NCBI GenBank assembly: GCA_045837725.1
Contig: JBEWZL010000077.1
Coordinates: 744,001-777,473 of the forward strand
DNA: 33,473 bases
Reading direction: 5' to 3'
DNA from: Vermamoeba vermiformis
Taxonomy: Eukaryota
Shown: positions 33,369 to 33,473 of the stretch, one piece after another
Position numbering within the stretch: position 1 is the stretch's first letter
Layout of the letters: each line of letters begins with the position of its first letter
Notes under the pieces: generated by a model
Databases searched by the model: none
The model's input: the letters and a program-made list of their open reading frames with translations, nothing else
Told to the model about the DNA's origin: nothing
Program-made: the position numbers and the translations under genes

Positions 33369-33473
33369 CCTTGCCTTGGTCTTGGAGCAAGGAGCCTTGC
33401 CTCGTGGTTTCCCTGTATACACAATGTATGGAGCCTTGCCTCGCTCCGCACGCAAGGCAAGGACGAATTATTT
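33369..33473 (-). repeat. Right subterminal motifs and terminal inverted repeat (truncated by the window end)
   Basis: CCTTGCCTYG at 33369, 33395 and 33434, CAAGGCAAGG at 33453. The end reads GGACGAATTATTT, the reverse complement of 25721-25733. Confidence 0.9.

Larger units (their letters stand above)
25712..33473. mobile_element. CACTA/EnSpm (CMC superfamily)-like autonomous DNA transposon, ~7.8 kb; the last ~9 bp of the right end fall outside the window
   Basis: 25721-25761 matches the reverse complement of 33433-33473 at 37/41 nt. Subterminal 10-mers occur at both ends, and the element contains a DDE transposase plus a second gene. The left boundary at CCCTGCAG (25712) is inferred. Confidence 0.9.

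Overview
AT-rich, gene-dense eukaryotic DNA with many short GT-AG spliceosomal introns; probably a protist (the organism cannot be identified from sequence alone). I spliced and translated the genes by hand. Positions 1-25.7 kb hold about 12 host genes: a 5'-truncated cytochrome P450, an MFSD1-like transporter, Costars/ABRACL, TTC38, an ankyrin-like/F-box/propeller-like protein, an S/T/P-rich unknown, an atypical second P450, a DUF3592-like membrane protein, a PDI-family protein, an F-box/LRR protein, an OMS1-like methyltransferase and a putative mitochondrial protein. The main feature is a ~7.8 kb, apparently intact DNA transposon of the CACTA/EnSpm (CMC) type running from ~25712 to the window end. 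It has matching terminal inverted repeats (37/41 nt), paired 10-nt subterminal motifs, a 16-exon DDE transposase, a divergently transcribed 11-exon accessory gene of unknown family and ~1.8 kb of ORF-less cargo, and it appears to interrupt a host exon. Other notable signals are a sharply bounded CpG-depleted half-gene, a class of ~155-nt introns with internal GATC, and two single-base frameshifts that are probably assembly errors.
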